Assembly (NCBI GenBank): GCA_964498295.1
Contig: CAZCGJ010000003.1
Coordinates: forward strand, 1 to 35,560
Direction of reading: 5' to 3'
DNA: 35,560 nt
Source of the DNA: Candidatus Woesearchaeota archaeon
GTDB taxonomy: Archaea > Nanobdellota > Nanobdellia > Pacearchaeales > GW2011-AR1
In this document: positions 26,645 to 34,888 of the stretch, piece after piece
How the letters are laid out: each line of letters opens with the position of its first letter
Position numbering within the stretch: position 1 is the stretch's first letter
Translations under genes and position numbers: made by a program
Notes under the pieces: model-generated
Database searches by the model: none
What the model saw: the letters and a program-made list of their open reading frames with translations, nothing else
Told to the model about the DNA's origin: nothing

Positions 26645-27799
26645 TTAGGAACTCTTTTGAAATCTTTCAGGTAGCTCGTACCCCACTTTAGCACTAACTT
26701 GAAATGCACCGTTACCCAAATCTGCTGCAACATTTGCAGTATGCCAATATTTACCGCAAAGTCGAGGCTTACAAGACTTAATAATTTCTAAACGCATAGG
26801 GATTGCCTGAACATCTTCAATAGGCTTACAACCAGGATTTAAAGTTAAATCCCTCAACCATAAATTTTTACTTTCTTCTCTAGAAACGCTGTCTTGTGAA
26901 TATAATAACATCTGTGCAAGTTGACCAGATAGTAAAATAGAATCTATAGAACTTAAATGAGGCCTACACTCATTCCCGCTTTTTTTTGACCAACTACCGA
27001 GGTAACTTAAATCGGCTTTTGCAGTAAGAATCCCGCTTGCAGGATCAATTTCTATATCATAAATATCATGCTGTGTTTTTCTAAATCCGCTAGAAAAAAA
27101 CCTATCTGAAGAAGGACCTAGAGCATCATCTGCTCGGTCATACCATAATTTACCTCCCTCTTTTTGCTTCGGACCATTTAAAGTAGTACTTACGTCTAAG
27201 CCCAAAAGATTTACTACTTTTGTAATTCTTTCTTCAACAGAACCAGAAACTTCATAAAATGGTAAACTTGTGTTTGCCCAAGTCTCTCTTAGTATTTCAT
27301 CAGCTTTTTGTCTAAATGCTTCTGAAACAGGCCTATGGCCGTCTTGAGGTAAAGGAAACTCGACAGGAAAATGAATAACGTGAGTATAATTTTGTGCAGA
27401 ATACCTTTTTACAACTTCTCCAAAAGCATCGATAGCAAATTTATAACCTTCTCCAAAAATTTCAGAACCTTTACCATTTGCACCTTCTAACATTCTTCCA
27501 TGACCATACGCCCATTCATGAACAGCAGAACCATCAGAAATAAATCCATCTTTAAACTGATTTTCCAATATTCTTCTTTCACCAAATCTAACCATTCCCA
27601 ACTGAACAAGCTCAAACGGAGAACACTGCTCCAGTTTTTTCCCAGGAAAAGTCTCGGGTAAAATATCCCTCATACCCCTAGCAACAGCAGGAGGTAAACC
27701 AGTTAATCTTGAAAGCTCTCGCGTAGCTGTCGTTTTTCCAGTCCCATATGTACCTGAAAGAACTATCTTCTTTCCAGAATTATTATGACCAAATACCAT
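26645..27799 (-). CDS. Fusion: AAA_28-type P-loop NTPase plus AvrD-like (hotdog-fold) domain
   Basis: N-term LSGTYGTGKTT, FISDGSAVHEWAYG, PVEF..DGHRPVSE; C-term DDALGP..RFFSSGF, WSKK..RPHLSSIDS. Start ATG 27799 has TTTATAAA 29 nt upstream. Confidence 0.75.
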   Translation of the reverse strand: MVFGHNNSGKKIVLSGTYGTGKTTATRELSRLTGLPPAVARGMRDILPETFPGKKLEQCSPFELVQLGMVRFGERRILENQFKDGFISDGSAVHEWAYGHGRMLEGANGKGSEIFGEGYKFAIDAFGEVVKRYSAQNYTHVIHFPVEFPLPQDGHRPVSEAFRQKADEILRETWANTSLPFYEVSGSVEERITKVVNLLGLDVSTTLNGPKQKEGGKLWYDRADDALGPSSDRFFSSGFRKTQHDIYDIEIDPASGILTAKADLSYLGSWSKKSGNECRPHLSSIDSILLSGQLAQMLLYSQDSVSREESKNLWLRDLTLNPGCKPIEDVQAIPMRLEIIKSCKPRLCGKYWHTANVAADLGNGAFQVSAKVGYELPERFQKSS

Positions 27800-27917
27800 A
27801 AAAATTAGCATAAAAAAAGGTTTATAAATATTTGCTTTTGTTACTACTTGAAGATTACAATAAAATAGAGCAAAGAAATACACAAATCAATATAAACCTA
27901 TTAGCTTAAAAAACAAT

Positions 27918-28619
27918 ATGAAAATAAAACACATCGAGAGAGCAACATTTATTGATTATCCTGGAAAAATTTCATGCACTATTTTTTTATACGGCTGCCC
28001 ATTTAGATGTGGTTTTTGCTATAATCCTTCTTTAGTTCTCCAAGAAGAAACTCCTGATTTAAGTCAAGAAGAAATATTAGATTTTCTTAAAAGCAGAATA
28101 GGTTTAATTGAGGGAGTTTGCTTTACTGGTGGAGAACCTTTAATGAACTTAGATGAAGAATTCTTAGAAAAAGTAAAAGCTCTAGGCTATTTTATTAAAA
28201 TAGATACTAATGGAAGTTTCCCTGAAAAATTAAAAAAACTAATAGAAAAAAAATTAGTAGACTTTGTTGCAATGGACATAAAATCAGATAAAGAAAGTTA
28301 CCAAGAAACTATTGGAACAATAATACCTCTAATTAGAATAGAAGAAAGCATCAAAACAATAGCTCAAATGCCCAACTACGAATTTAGAACAACAATAGTT
28401 GAAATAATTCACACAAAAGAAAGAGTTGAAAACATGTTAAAATGGATAAACTCTTTAATCGGGAAAAAAATAAAATCTTTCTCATTGCAAGGATTCAAAA
28501 ATCATGGAAGTTTCGTAGATAATAAATATAAAGAAGTAACTAACACCTCTGAAGACTACTTAAAAGAACTTGCAGAAATAGCTAAAAACTATGCTGACAA
28601 GATAAATATAAAATACTGA
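27918..28619 (+). CDS. nrdG: Anaerobic RNR activating enzyme (radical SAM)
   Basis: TFIDYPGK..FLYGCPFRCGFCYNP, TGGEP, KIDTNG, AMDIKS, YEFRTT. Confidence 0.93.
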   Translation: MKIKHIERATFIDYPGKISCTIFLYGCPFRCGFCYNPSLVLQEETPDLSQEEILDFLKSRIGLIEGVCFTGGEPLMNLDEEFLEKVKALGYFIKIDTNGSFPEKLKKLIEKKLVDFVAMDIKSDKESYQETIGTIIPLIRIEESIKTIAQMPNYEFRTTIVEIIHTKERVENMLKWINSLIGKKIKSFSLQGFKNHGSFVDNKYKEVTNTSEDYLKELAEIAKNYADKINIKY

Positions 28620-28664
28620 TTCTATCGCCACTATCCTTAAAAATCCTAAAACCAAAGAAAAAAT

Positions 28665-29714
28665 ATGATTATTGGACTAACAGGTACAAACGCAGCAGGC
28701 AAGGGTACAGTTGTTGACTTTCTTAAAGAAAAAGGTTTTGAGCACTACACTGCAAGAGGTTTTTTAACTAAAGAATTAGAGAAATCGAATAGACCCGTAG
28801 ATAGAGCAAACATGCAAGATCTTGCAAATGAATTAAGAGCGCAACACGGACCTGCATATATTGTTGAACAATTATATGAACAAGCAAGAAATTCAAAAAA
28901 TGCAGTAATTGAAAGCATTAGATGCCCTGGAGAAATAGTCTCGCTTAGACAAAAACCAGGATTCTTATTATTTGGAGTTGATGCAGAACCATTAACAAGG
29001 TATCAAAGAGCTATCGCAAGAGCAAGTGAAACAGACAGAGAAATGACCTATGCACAATTCATTGCAGATGAACAAAAAGAAAAAGATAACAAAGAACCAT
29101 TCAAACAGAATTTAACAAAATGTTTAGAAGAAGCAGATGTATTTTTCTTAAATGAAGGCACTCCGAAAGAACTTGCAGAAAAAATTGCGAAAAATACTTC
29201 TTTCGATGCACAAGGATATTTAACAAGAAGGCCGACCTGGGACGAAATATTCATGAATGAAACATATACTTGGGCAGCACGTTCAACATGTCTAAGAAGA
29301 AAAGTTGGTGCGGTAATTACAACGCCAGGACATGAAATGGTATCTCAAGGCTATAATGGTTCCCCCAGAGGAACACCTAATTGTGTAGACTTAGGTTCAT
29401 GTGAAAGACAGAAAATGGGCGTTCCATCTGGACAAAGATTAGAAACATGCAGAGCAGTTCATGCAGAACCGAATGCAATAGTTAATGCAGGTAGACAAGG
29501 TAAAAATGTTCAAGGAGATATTTTATATTGCACCACCTTCCCCTGCCAAATCTGTGCAGGAATTATTGTAAATTCAGGACTCAACGAAGTAATTTATGAA
29601 GCAGACTATCCAAATGATCAAGCAAAACAAACATTCTTGCAAGCAGGAATAAAAACAAGAAGATTTGAAGGCGTTCGTTCACCTGCATTTGATAAATTGT
29701 TTAGACAAAAATGA
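28665..29714 (+). CDS. Fusion: P-loop NMP/dephospho-CoA-kinase-like domain plus dCMP deaminase
   Basis: IIGLTGTNAAGKGT..ESIRCPGE; RPTWDE.FM, RSTCLRRKVGA, GYNG, HAEPNAI, PCQIC. Confidence 0.9.
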   Translation: MIIGLTGTNAAGKGTVVDFLKEKGFEHYTARGFLTKELEKSNRPVDRANMQDLANELRAQHGPAYIVEQLYEQARNSKNAVIESIRCPGEIVSLRQKPGFLLFGVDAEPLTRYQRAIARASETDREMTYAQFIADEQKEKDNKEPFKQNLTKCLEEADVFFLNEGTPKELAEKIAKNTSFDAQGYLTRRPTWDEIFMNETYTWAARSTCLRRKVGAVITTPGHEMVSQGYNGSPRGTPNCVDLGSCERQKMGVPSGQRLETCRAVHAEPNAIVNAGRQGKNVQGDILYCTTFPCQICAGIIVNSGLNEVIYEADYPNDQAKQTFLQAGIKTRRFEGVRSPAFDKLFRQK

Positions 29715-30124
29715 AAATAAAAATAAAGAGAGTACATCCTGAAGCAAAAATTCCTTTCTATGCAAAACCAGGCGATGCTGGAATGGACGTATTTGCAATA
29801 TCAAAAGAAGAGAAAGAAAAATTTATAGAATATGGAACAGGGCTTTCTTTTGAACTTCCGGAAGACCACACTATGTTAGTTTTTGCAAGAAGCAGTATAA
29901 CAAATAAAGATTTAATTTTAGCAAATCATGTAGGCGTTTTAGATTCGGGATTCAGAGGTGAACTGAAGATGAGATTTAGAAAAACGGGAAAAGATGTCTA
30001 CGAAATAGGAGACAGAATAGGGCAAATAATAATAGTTCCTTTTCCAAAAATAGATTTTGAAGAAACAGAAGAACTCTCTGAAAGCCATAGAGGAGCAAAT
30101 GGTTTTGGTTCTACAGGTAAATAA
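29711..30124 (+). CDS. dut: dUTP diphosphatase
   Basis: AGMD, ARSS, GVLDSGFRGE, GDRIGQ, RGANGFGSTG. Confidence 0.95.
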   Translation: MKIKIKRVHPEAKIPFYAKPGDAGMDVFAISKEEKEKFIEYGTGLSFELPEDHTMLVFARSSITNKDLILANHVGVLDSGFRGELKMRFRKTGKDVYEIGDRIGQIIIVPFPKIDFEETEELSESHRGANGFGSTGK

Positions 30125-30173
30125 CAGCCTCATAATCTTTATAAATAGCATTTCTTACTCAAATCTAGATGAC

Positions 30174-30500
30174 ATGGGCTTTCAAGAGGTTATATCAGAA
30201 ATAGACGAAACGAATCATGACAAATTCTTAAATAGCAAACTATCAATTTTACACTTTTTTTCTGACTGGGAAATGGACTGCCTAATGTGTTTACCTATCA
30301 TAGAAAGTATTGCAGAAGAATTTAGCGGCCAAGCACTCTTTGGCAAAGTCAACATTGAAGAAGCTGAAAATATTGCAAAAAAACATAAAGTTATGAAAGT
30401 CCCAAGCGTATTGTTTTTCAAAAACGGCAGCCTAGTAGATAGAATGGACAAGATGAATTCTGAAGATGTTTTAAGAAGCAAAATTAGCTGTTTGCTGTAA
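30174..30500 (+). CDS. Thioredoxin-family protein with atypical active site
   Basis: HFFSDWEMDCLMC.P, FGKVNIEE, VMKVPSVLFFKNG. Start moved to ATG 30174; TATA at 30138. Confidence 0.8.
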   Translation: MGFQEVISEIDETNHDKFLNSKLSILHFFSDWEMDCLMCLPIIESIAEEFSGQALFGKVNIEEAENIAKKHKVMKVPSVLFFKNGSLVDRMDKMNSEDVLRSKISCLL

Positions 30501-30586
30501 AACTCAAAATACATTACTTTTTTAAAGGCACATTTCTCTACATATTTACCAGACGAGATAAGTCAGAAATGATGAATCAAAACGAT

Positions 30587-30661
30587 GGCCTCGTAGCTCA
30601 GCCTGGTCAGAGTACCGGACTTTTAATCCGGGTGTCGAGGGTTCAAATCCCTTCGGGGTCA
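30587..30661 (+). tRNA. tRNA-Lys (anticodon TTT)
   Basis: GGCCTCGTAGCTCAGCCTGGTCAGAGTACCGGACTTTTAATCCGGGTGTCGAGGGTTCAAATCCCTTCGGGGTCA cloverleaf. Confidence 0.96.
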
Positions 30662-30778
30662 TTCATATTCACTTTAGTATTTGAACACGAGATAAGTTAA
30701 GGCGAACAAAACAATTTTGAAGACAATCTTCTGCAAAATATAAATTATAGGAAGAATTTTCTAGCCTTTAAAATAAAA

Positions 30779-30982
30779 TTAGTATTTTCCCCACCTAACA
30801 TCTTTCCAAATTCTCTCATGTATAAAAAAGAAAATAATTTTTACCATAGTAAGCAAAATATTAAATTTTAATGCTACCGTAAAATTTCCGTAAAAAAAAT
30901 AAAGAGCAAAAAGAGTAACTACAAAAGAAAAACCTTCCCAAACAATTCCTTTTACAAGACTTCTTTCGTAAGTTGATGCCAT
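30779..30982 (-). CDS. Small membrane protein (DUF2061-like)
   Basis: RSLVKGIVW...two TM segments...HERIW..VRWG. Confidence 0.75.
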   Translation of the reverse strand: MASTYERSLVKGIVWEGFSFVVTLFALYFFYGNFTVALKFNILLTMVKIIFFFIHERIWKDVRWGKY

Positions 30983-31180
30983 TTAATCCTCCTCACATTC
31001 TTCAACATCTTCAATCTCAGACTCTGCCTTTTCAAGAGCAAACGCAGCTTCAGAAAGCTCTTTCATTTTTTTAGAACCTTCGTCACATTTCTTAGCTTCA
31101 TCATTTATCAAATCTTCAGCAATTTTAATATGTTCTTCTGCAAGTTCAACTGCTTCTTTACTTGATGTCTTTTTTGCCAT
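30983..31180 (-). CDS. Small acidic helical hypothetical protein
   Basis: 65-aa ORF abutting the next gene; TATA-like TTTATAAA about 29 nt upstream. Confidence 0.65.
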   Translation of the reverse strand: MAKKTSSKEAVELAEEHIKIAEDLINDEAKKCDEGSKKMKELSEAAFALEKAESEIEDVEECEED

Positions 31181-31214
31181 AAGATAAGTTCGTCATAATT
31201 GTTTATAAAAGTTT

Positions 31215-31760
31215 CTAACTGCCAAGCCACCCTTGAGATCTGAGATATGCAAGAACAAATTCATCTTGCTGTTTTTCTAACAAAACACCACGAATAGGAC
31301 AAACTTCAGGCATCAGCTTAAAAACAAAATTTTCACGCGAAAAGCTATGCCCATAATTTCCACAGACTCTATTTGAAAATAAATCTCTTAATTCTGGCCC
31401 GCCAACCCTTCCTTTATAGCTAGAATCCTTAGACAGCCTTTGAAGAACACTAGGTAAAACCGTTCTATTAATTAAATAAGTACCAAATAAATTAAAAGAA
31501 CTTTCTCTCCCAAGACTATAAAATCCTATGAAAGGATTTACTCTATCCTCTCCATTATCCAATAAACAAACTTCTGAAGGATCTATCCCTCGAACAGCCT
31601 CGCCCAAAATAGGCTCTAAAGAAAAATCATAAGAAAGATTACTTGGAACAATAAATCCTGATCTGGAAACAAGCCTAAAACCAGGCAATCTATCTAAAGC
31701 ATAGCTATTAAATTTTTCTTCTGCATTTAAAATTCTGCCAACTTCCATCAGAAACATCAA
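31215..31760 (-). CDS. Hypothetical protein
   Basis: 181-aa ORF, no motif recognised. Confidence 0.6.
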   Translation of the reverse strand: MMFLMEVGRILNAEEKFNSYALDRLPGFRLVSRSGFIVPSNLSYDFSLEPILGEAVRGIDPSEVCLLDNGEDRVNPFIGFYSLGRESSFNLFGTYLINRTVLPSVLQRLSKDSSYKGRVGGPELRDLFSNRVCGNYGHSFSRENFVFKLMPEVCPIRGVLLEKQQDEFVLAYLRSQGWLGS

Positions 31761-31850
31761 ATAAATTTATTTAAAAGAGTTTCTATTTTTAGAAAAAAGG
31801 ATGTCTTCAATCACCAATTTATTTAAAAAAGAAAAAACATAAAAAAAATA

Positions 31851-32399
31851 ATGAAATCAATTAGAATAGAACAAGTACCCGTAATATTTGAATTATTTAG
31901 ACCAGAATTAGGAAAAACAGGAGATATAGTTCAAGAATATCATCATCAGTCTGGAATTCCCCAAGACACGAGAGAAATACAAAAGCAAATAGCAAAATAT
32001 TTAGCATTAGAAGGAAGATATTTAGCAAACCCAGACGATATTCAAACCCAATATAAAGAAAAAATTGCATTCAAAAAAATATCTGAAAGACAGTTTACAA
32101 AATTAGGAGCGTATGCTACAAATAGAATAACTGCTTTAATTAAAGGAAGAATAATTCTTCCAAATACATTTGAAGAATTAGAAGAATTAACAGAACAAAA
32201 TACTACAAATGTAGAATTATTTGATGCAAGAGGATTAGCAAAACTAACTCAAGCATTTGGAAGAGATTTAGAAAAAGGAGAGACTCCTAAAGTCATTTTT
32301 TCAAAACCAATATGGCTTCCAAATTTTATGCACCCTTATGAATTGAGTAATATAAATTTTTCATACAGTAAAGGATTAAACTTTTATCAATCAGAATAA
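31851..32399 (+). CDS. Hypothetical protein
   Basis: 182-aa ORF, no motif recognised. Confidence 0.65.
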   Translation: MKSIRIEQVPVIFELFRPELGKTGDIVQEYHHQSGIPQDTREIQKQIAKYLALEGRYLANPDDIQTQYKEKIAFKKISERQFTKLGAYATNRITALIKGRIILPNTFEELEELTEQNTTNVELFDARGLAKLTQAFGRDLEKGETPKVIFSKPIWLPNFMHPYELSNINFSYSKGLNFYQSE

Positions 32400-32407
32400 A
32401 ATCAAAA

Positions 32408-32716
32408 TTATTTATACTCTCTCCAAGTATGCTGACATTTTTTACATCTGTAAAACTTTGTCTCTGGCTCATCACTACTTCTAGTCTGTAACGTCCAAAA
32501 ATAAGCTTCAGTATGCTTACATTCTTTACATTCAGCATAAACAGTAGGCAAAGTATCAACTTCTTTTTCTTTGAAAACAGAAATTTCTTGAGATTCATCT
32601 ACCTTTTCTTTTATTTTCAAATCTACCTTATCTTTAGTGGAATAACTGCATCTAGCACAACCAAAATTCTTTGTTTTCTGAATCAACATTCCACCACATT
32701 TAGGACAAAATTGCAT
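32408..32716 (-). CDS. tfs: Transcription factor S (TFS/RpoM)
   Basis: MQFCPKCG; CKEC..AYFWTLQTRSSDEPETKFYRCKKC.HTWRE. Confidence 0.95.
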   Translation of the reverse strand: MQFCPKCGGMLIQKTKNFGCARCSYSTKDKVDLKIKEKVDESQEISVFKEKEVDTLPTVYAECKECKHTEAYFWTLQTRSSDEPETKFYRCKKCQHTWREYK

Positions 32717-32763
32717 TTTTTAACGTATCTCCGAGACTATTTAAGACTTTCTAAATGGAAAAC

Positions 32764-33333
32764 TTAGCAAAACCCTCTTTGGTTCTCAGGTTTTCTCCAA
32801 TCAAAGAAAATAAGTTTTATCCAACCAATTGCAGGAATCTTAAAAACCGCCTTTCCAACAAACTGCTCTTCAGAAATTTTCTTTTCAGCTTCTAAAAGAC
32901 CAAAATTATTATCTCCTTTTGTCGTAACTTTTCCACTTTCGTCTATATTAATAACCCTATGAATAATAGGATTCGTCTGCCCTGCATTAAAAATCAAAAC
33001 ATCCCCAATCTTCAGATTCTTAGGACTAATAACAATAATAATGTCTCCTTTCGTAAAACCATTCTTTAAAACCCAATTAGAAGTATTACTATAGTCCAAA
33101 TCATAATCTGAATAAATTTTATTTTGAACTATTTGATCCAAATCGAACTGATGATACATAGAACAACTCTCAACAATGACTAGAGGCAAAGGAGTTCCAG
33201 TAATCAAAGTTAAAACTGGAAAAATAATAAACTTAATCACAATTAAAGCAATTAATAATCCTACAAAAAAACTAGGCCAGGAGTCTTCTTTTAGAAAAGC
33301 ACGAAATCTCTTAAAATTACTTTTAATATCCAT
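32764..33333 (-). CDS. Signal peptidase I (Sec11/S26B)
   Basis: TM helix, VIVESCSM, KGD, IIHRV, TKGDNN, IPAIGW. Confidence 0.9.
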   Translation of the reverse strand: MDIKSNFKRFRAFLKEDSWPSFFVGLLIALIVIKFIIFPVLTLITGTPLPLVIVESCSMYHQFDLDQIVQNKIYSDYDLDYSNTSNWVLKNGFTKGDIIIVISPKNLKIGDVLIFNAGQTNPIIHRVINIDESGKVTTKGDNNFGLLEAEKKISEEQFVGKAVFKIPAIGWIKLIFFDWRKPENQRGFC

Positions 33334-33367
33334 AAATAATCAAAAGAAAAGAGATTTTTAAACTATA

Positions 33368-33691
33368 CTACATAACTTTTCCAGCAACTAAACCGCCTAA
33401 GTAAAAGACAGATGGAAGACTAAAGCAACCAATTGCATTAAAGGCAAATTCAGGTTCAAAATTTCCAGTAAATTCATACTCCTTACAACCGGAAGAAATA
33501 ATTCCAGAAACAAAAGAACCGACAGCCAAGCTAGCAGCAGGCAATCCTTGAATATTTCCTGTCTTAGAAGTTAAATAACCTTCATATGCCCCCATTGCAC
33601 AAGCACCAAGCCAAGTACCCAACATAATTGGCGTAGACAAAGCAGTACCTACTTTCGCAGCACCATCTAAAATATTTTCAAGCATTTCCAT
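33368..33691 (-). CDS. Hypothetical membrane protein
   Basis: Three Gly/Ala-rich hydrophobic segments. Confidence 0.6.
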   Translation of the reverse strand: MEMLENILDGAAKVGTALSTPIMLGTWLGACAMGAYEGYLTSKTGNIQGLPAASLAVGSFVSGIISSGCKEYEFTGNFEPEFAFNAIGCFSLPSVFYLGGLVAGKVM

Positions 33692-33692
33692 T

Positions 33693-33950
33693 TTATTTCA
33701 TTGCTCCTGAAAGTTTAGTTTGTAATCCAGCCATACATCTACAAATTCCATCTTTTTTACAAGGACTATCTGCAGTGCAATGACACTCGTGCAAAGGTTT
33801 TGAAACCATACTTGCTTCTACGGCCTTCTCAACTAAAGCACTGTCTCTCATTCCCTGAACAACAATTGCTAACTTCTCAGCATAGATTCCTTGAGGATCA
33901 TATCTCGTCAGAGTTTGTTCTGCTGGCAGATAACTTGTTTGTGTTTGCAT
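33693..33950 (-). CDS. Hypothetical protein with Cys/His-rich C-terminus
   Basis: HECHC....PC....CRC; ATG 33950 preferred over TTG 33995. Confidence 0.55.
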   Translation of the reverse strand: MQTQTSYLPAEQTLTRYDPQGIYAEKLAIVVQGMRDSALVEKAVEASMVSKPLHECHCTADSPCKKDGICRCMAGLQTKLSGAMK

Positions 33951-34043
33951 TTTGTTTTTTCCTATCAACTCACGTTGACAATATGCACAGAACAAACTAC
34001 TAGATAGTATTTTACCCGAAAAAATACGACAATTACTCTATGA

Positions 34044-34730
34044 TTATTTTAAGAATTCAAGCGTACTTGCAAACATAGGCATAAGTTTGCCTTCCGCCCT
34101 CCTAAGATGTTCTTGATATGTAGAAAGAGAAACACCCATCATTTTAGCAAGATCTTTCAAATCTCTTTTACGAGGATAATTATAATAACCATTAGCTAAA
34201 GCAAACTGAAAAGCTATTTTTTGTTGAGGAGCAATCTTTGGAAGAAGTTTTGGAAAATGAAGCTCATCCGACTTAAGCCTCCCTAATTTCTGCAAATTCA
34301 GATTATAAAATTTTAAAGGATGTTCTTCTAATGCCTTAAGTATGTCATTTAGAGAATCTCGATTCCAAGAACCAATAGTCCAAGTTTCTTCACCATTAGA
34401 TATAATAACGGGAGAAGGATGAAAAAATTCAGAGCTATAAGTTTCCTTATAAAAAGTTTCTTCTTCTTTAATCAGAACAATAGCATTCTCTCCGTAATCT
34501 TCAAAATGAACAACTTTCTTATTTTTCTTTAACTCTTTGCAAAACTTTGCTTTTTCTTTAGAATCTCCTTCTAATAAATGAATCCCTGTTATGAAATAAC
34601 TCTTCCCTTTTTTATAAACATCTAAAGGATATAGATAATCTACTACATTATATTTTTTAGTTAGCTTGGAATAGACGCTATCACGATTCTCAATTTGAAA
34701 TTTTAAAACATACATAATAAATTTAAACAA
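34044..34730 (-). CDS. HTH_10 (bacterio-opsin-activator-type) transcription regulator
   Basis: QQKIAFQFALANGYYNYPRKRDLKDLAKMMGVSLSTYQEHLRRAEGK; start may be ATG 34715. Confidence 0.88.
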   Translation of the reverse strand: MFKFIMYVLKFQIENRDSVYSKLTKKYNVVDYLYPLDVYKKGKSYFITGIHLLEGDSKEKAKFCKELKKNKKVVHFEDYGENAIVLIKEEETFYKETYSSEFFHPSPVIISNGEETWTIGSWNRDSLNDILKALEEHPLKFYNLNLQKLGRLKSDELHFPKLLPKIAPQQKIAFQFALANGYYNYPRKRDLKDLAKMMGVSLSTYQEHLRRAEGKLMPMFASTLEFLK

Positions 34731-34765
34731 ATAAAGTTTTTAAACTATACTAACAACAAATAAAC

Positions 34766-34888
34766 ATGGAAGAAGAAGTAGTAAAAATTCTAAAGGATAT
34801 TAGCGAAACACTAAAAGAAATGAAAAATGAGCTTTCGGAAATTTCTACAGCAATAAGAGAAGTAGATATTATTGAGGAAGAAGAATGA
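34766..34888 (+). CDS. 40-aa acidic coiled-coil peptide
   Basis: Below ORF-track cutoff. MEEEVVKILKDISETLKEMKNELSEISTAIREVDIIEEEE; TATA-like TTTTTAAA 29 nt upstream; ATGA overlap with the next gene. Confidence 0.7.
   Translation: MEEEVVKILKDISETLKEMKNELSEISTAIREVDIIEEEE

Noticed and set aside
27800-27883. ORF-track N-terminal extension (apparent signal peptide) of the AvrD fusion
   Set aside because: It spans the TATA box; the 29-nt rule places the start at 27799
2919-30661. Region between the two tRNA-Lys genes as an integrated element
   Set aside because: The copies are inverted, both are complete with different anticodons, core genes lie between them, and there is no integrase
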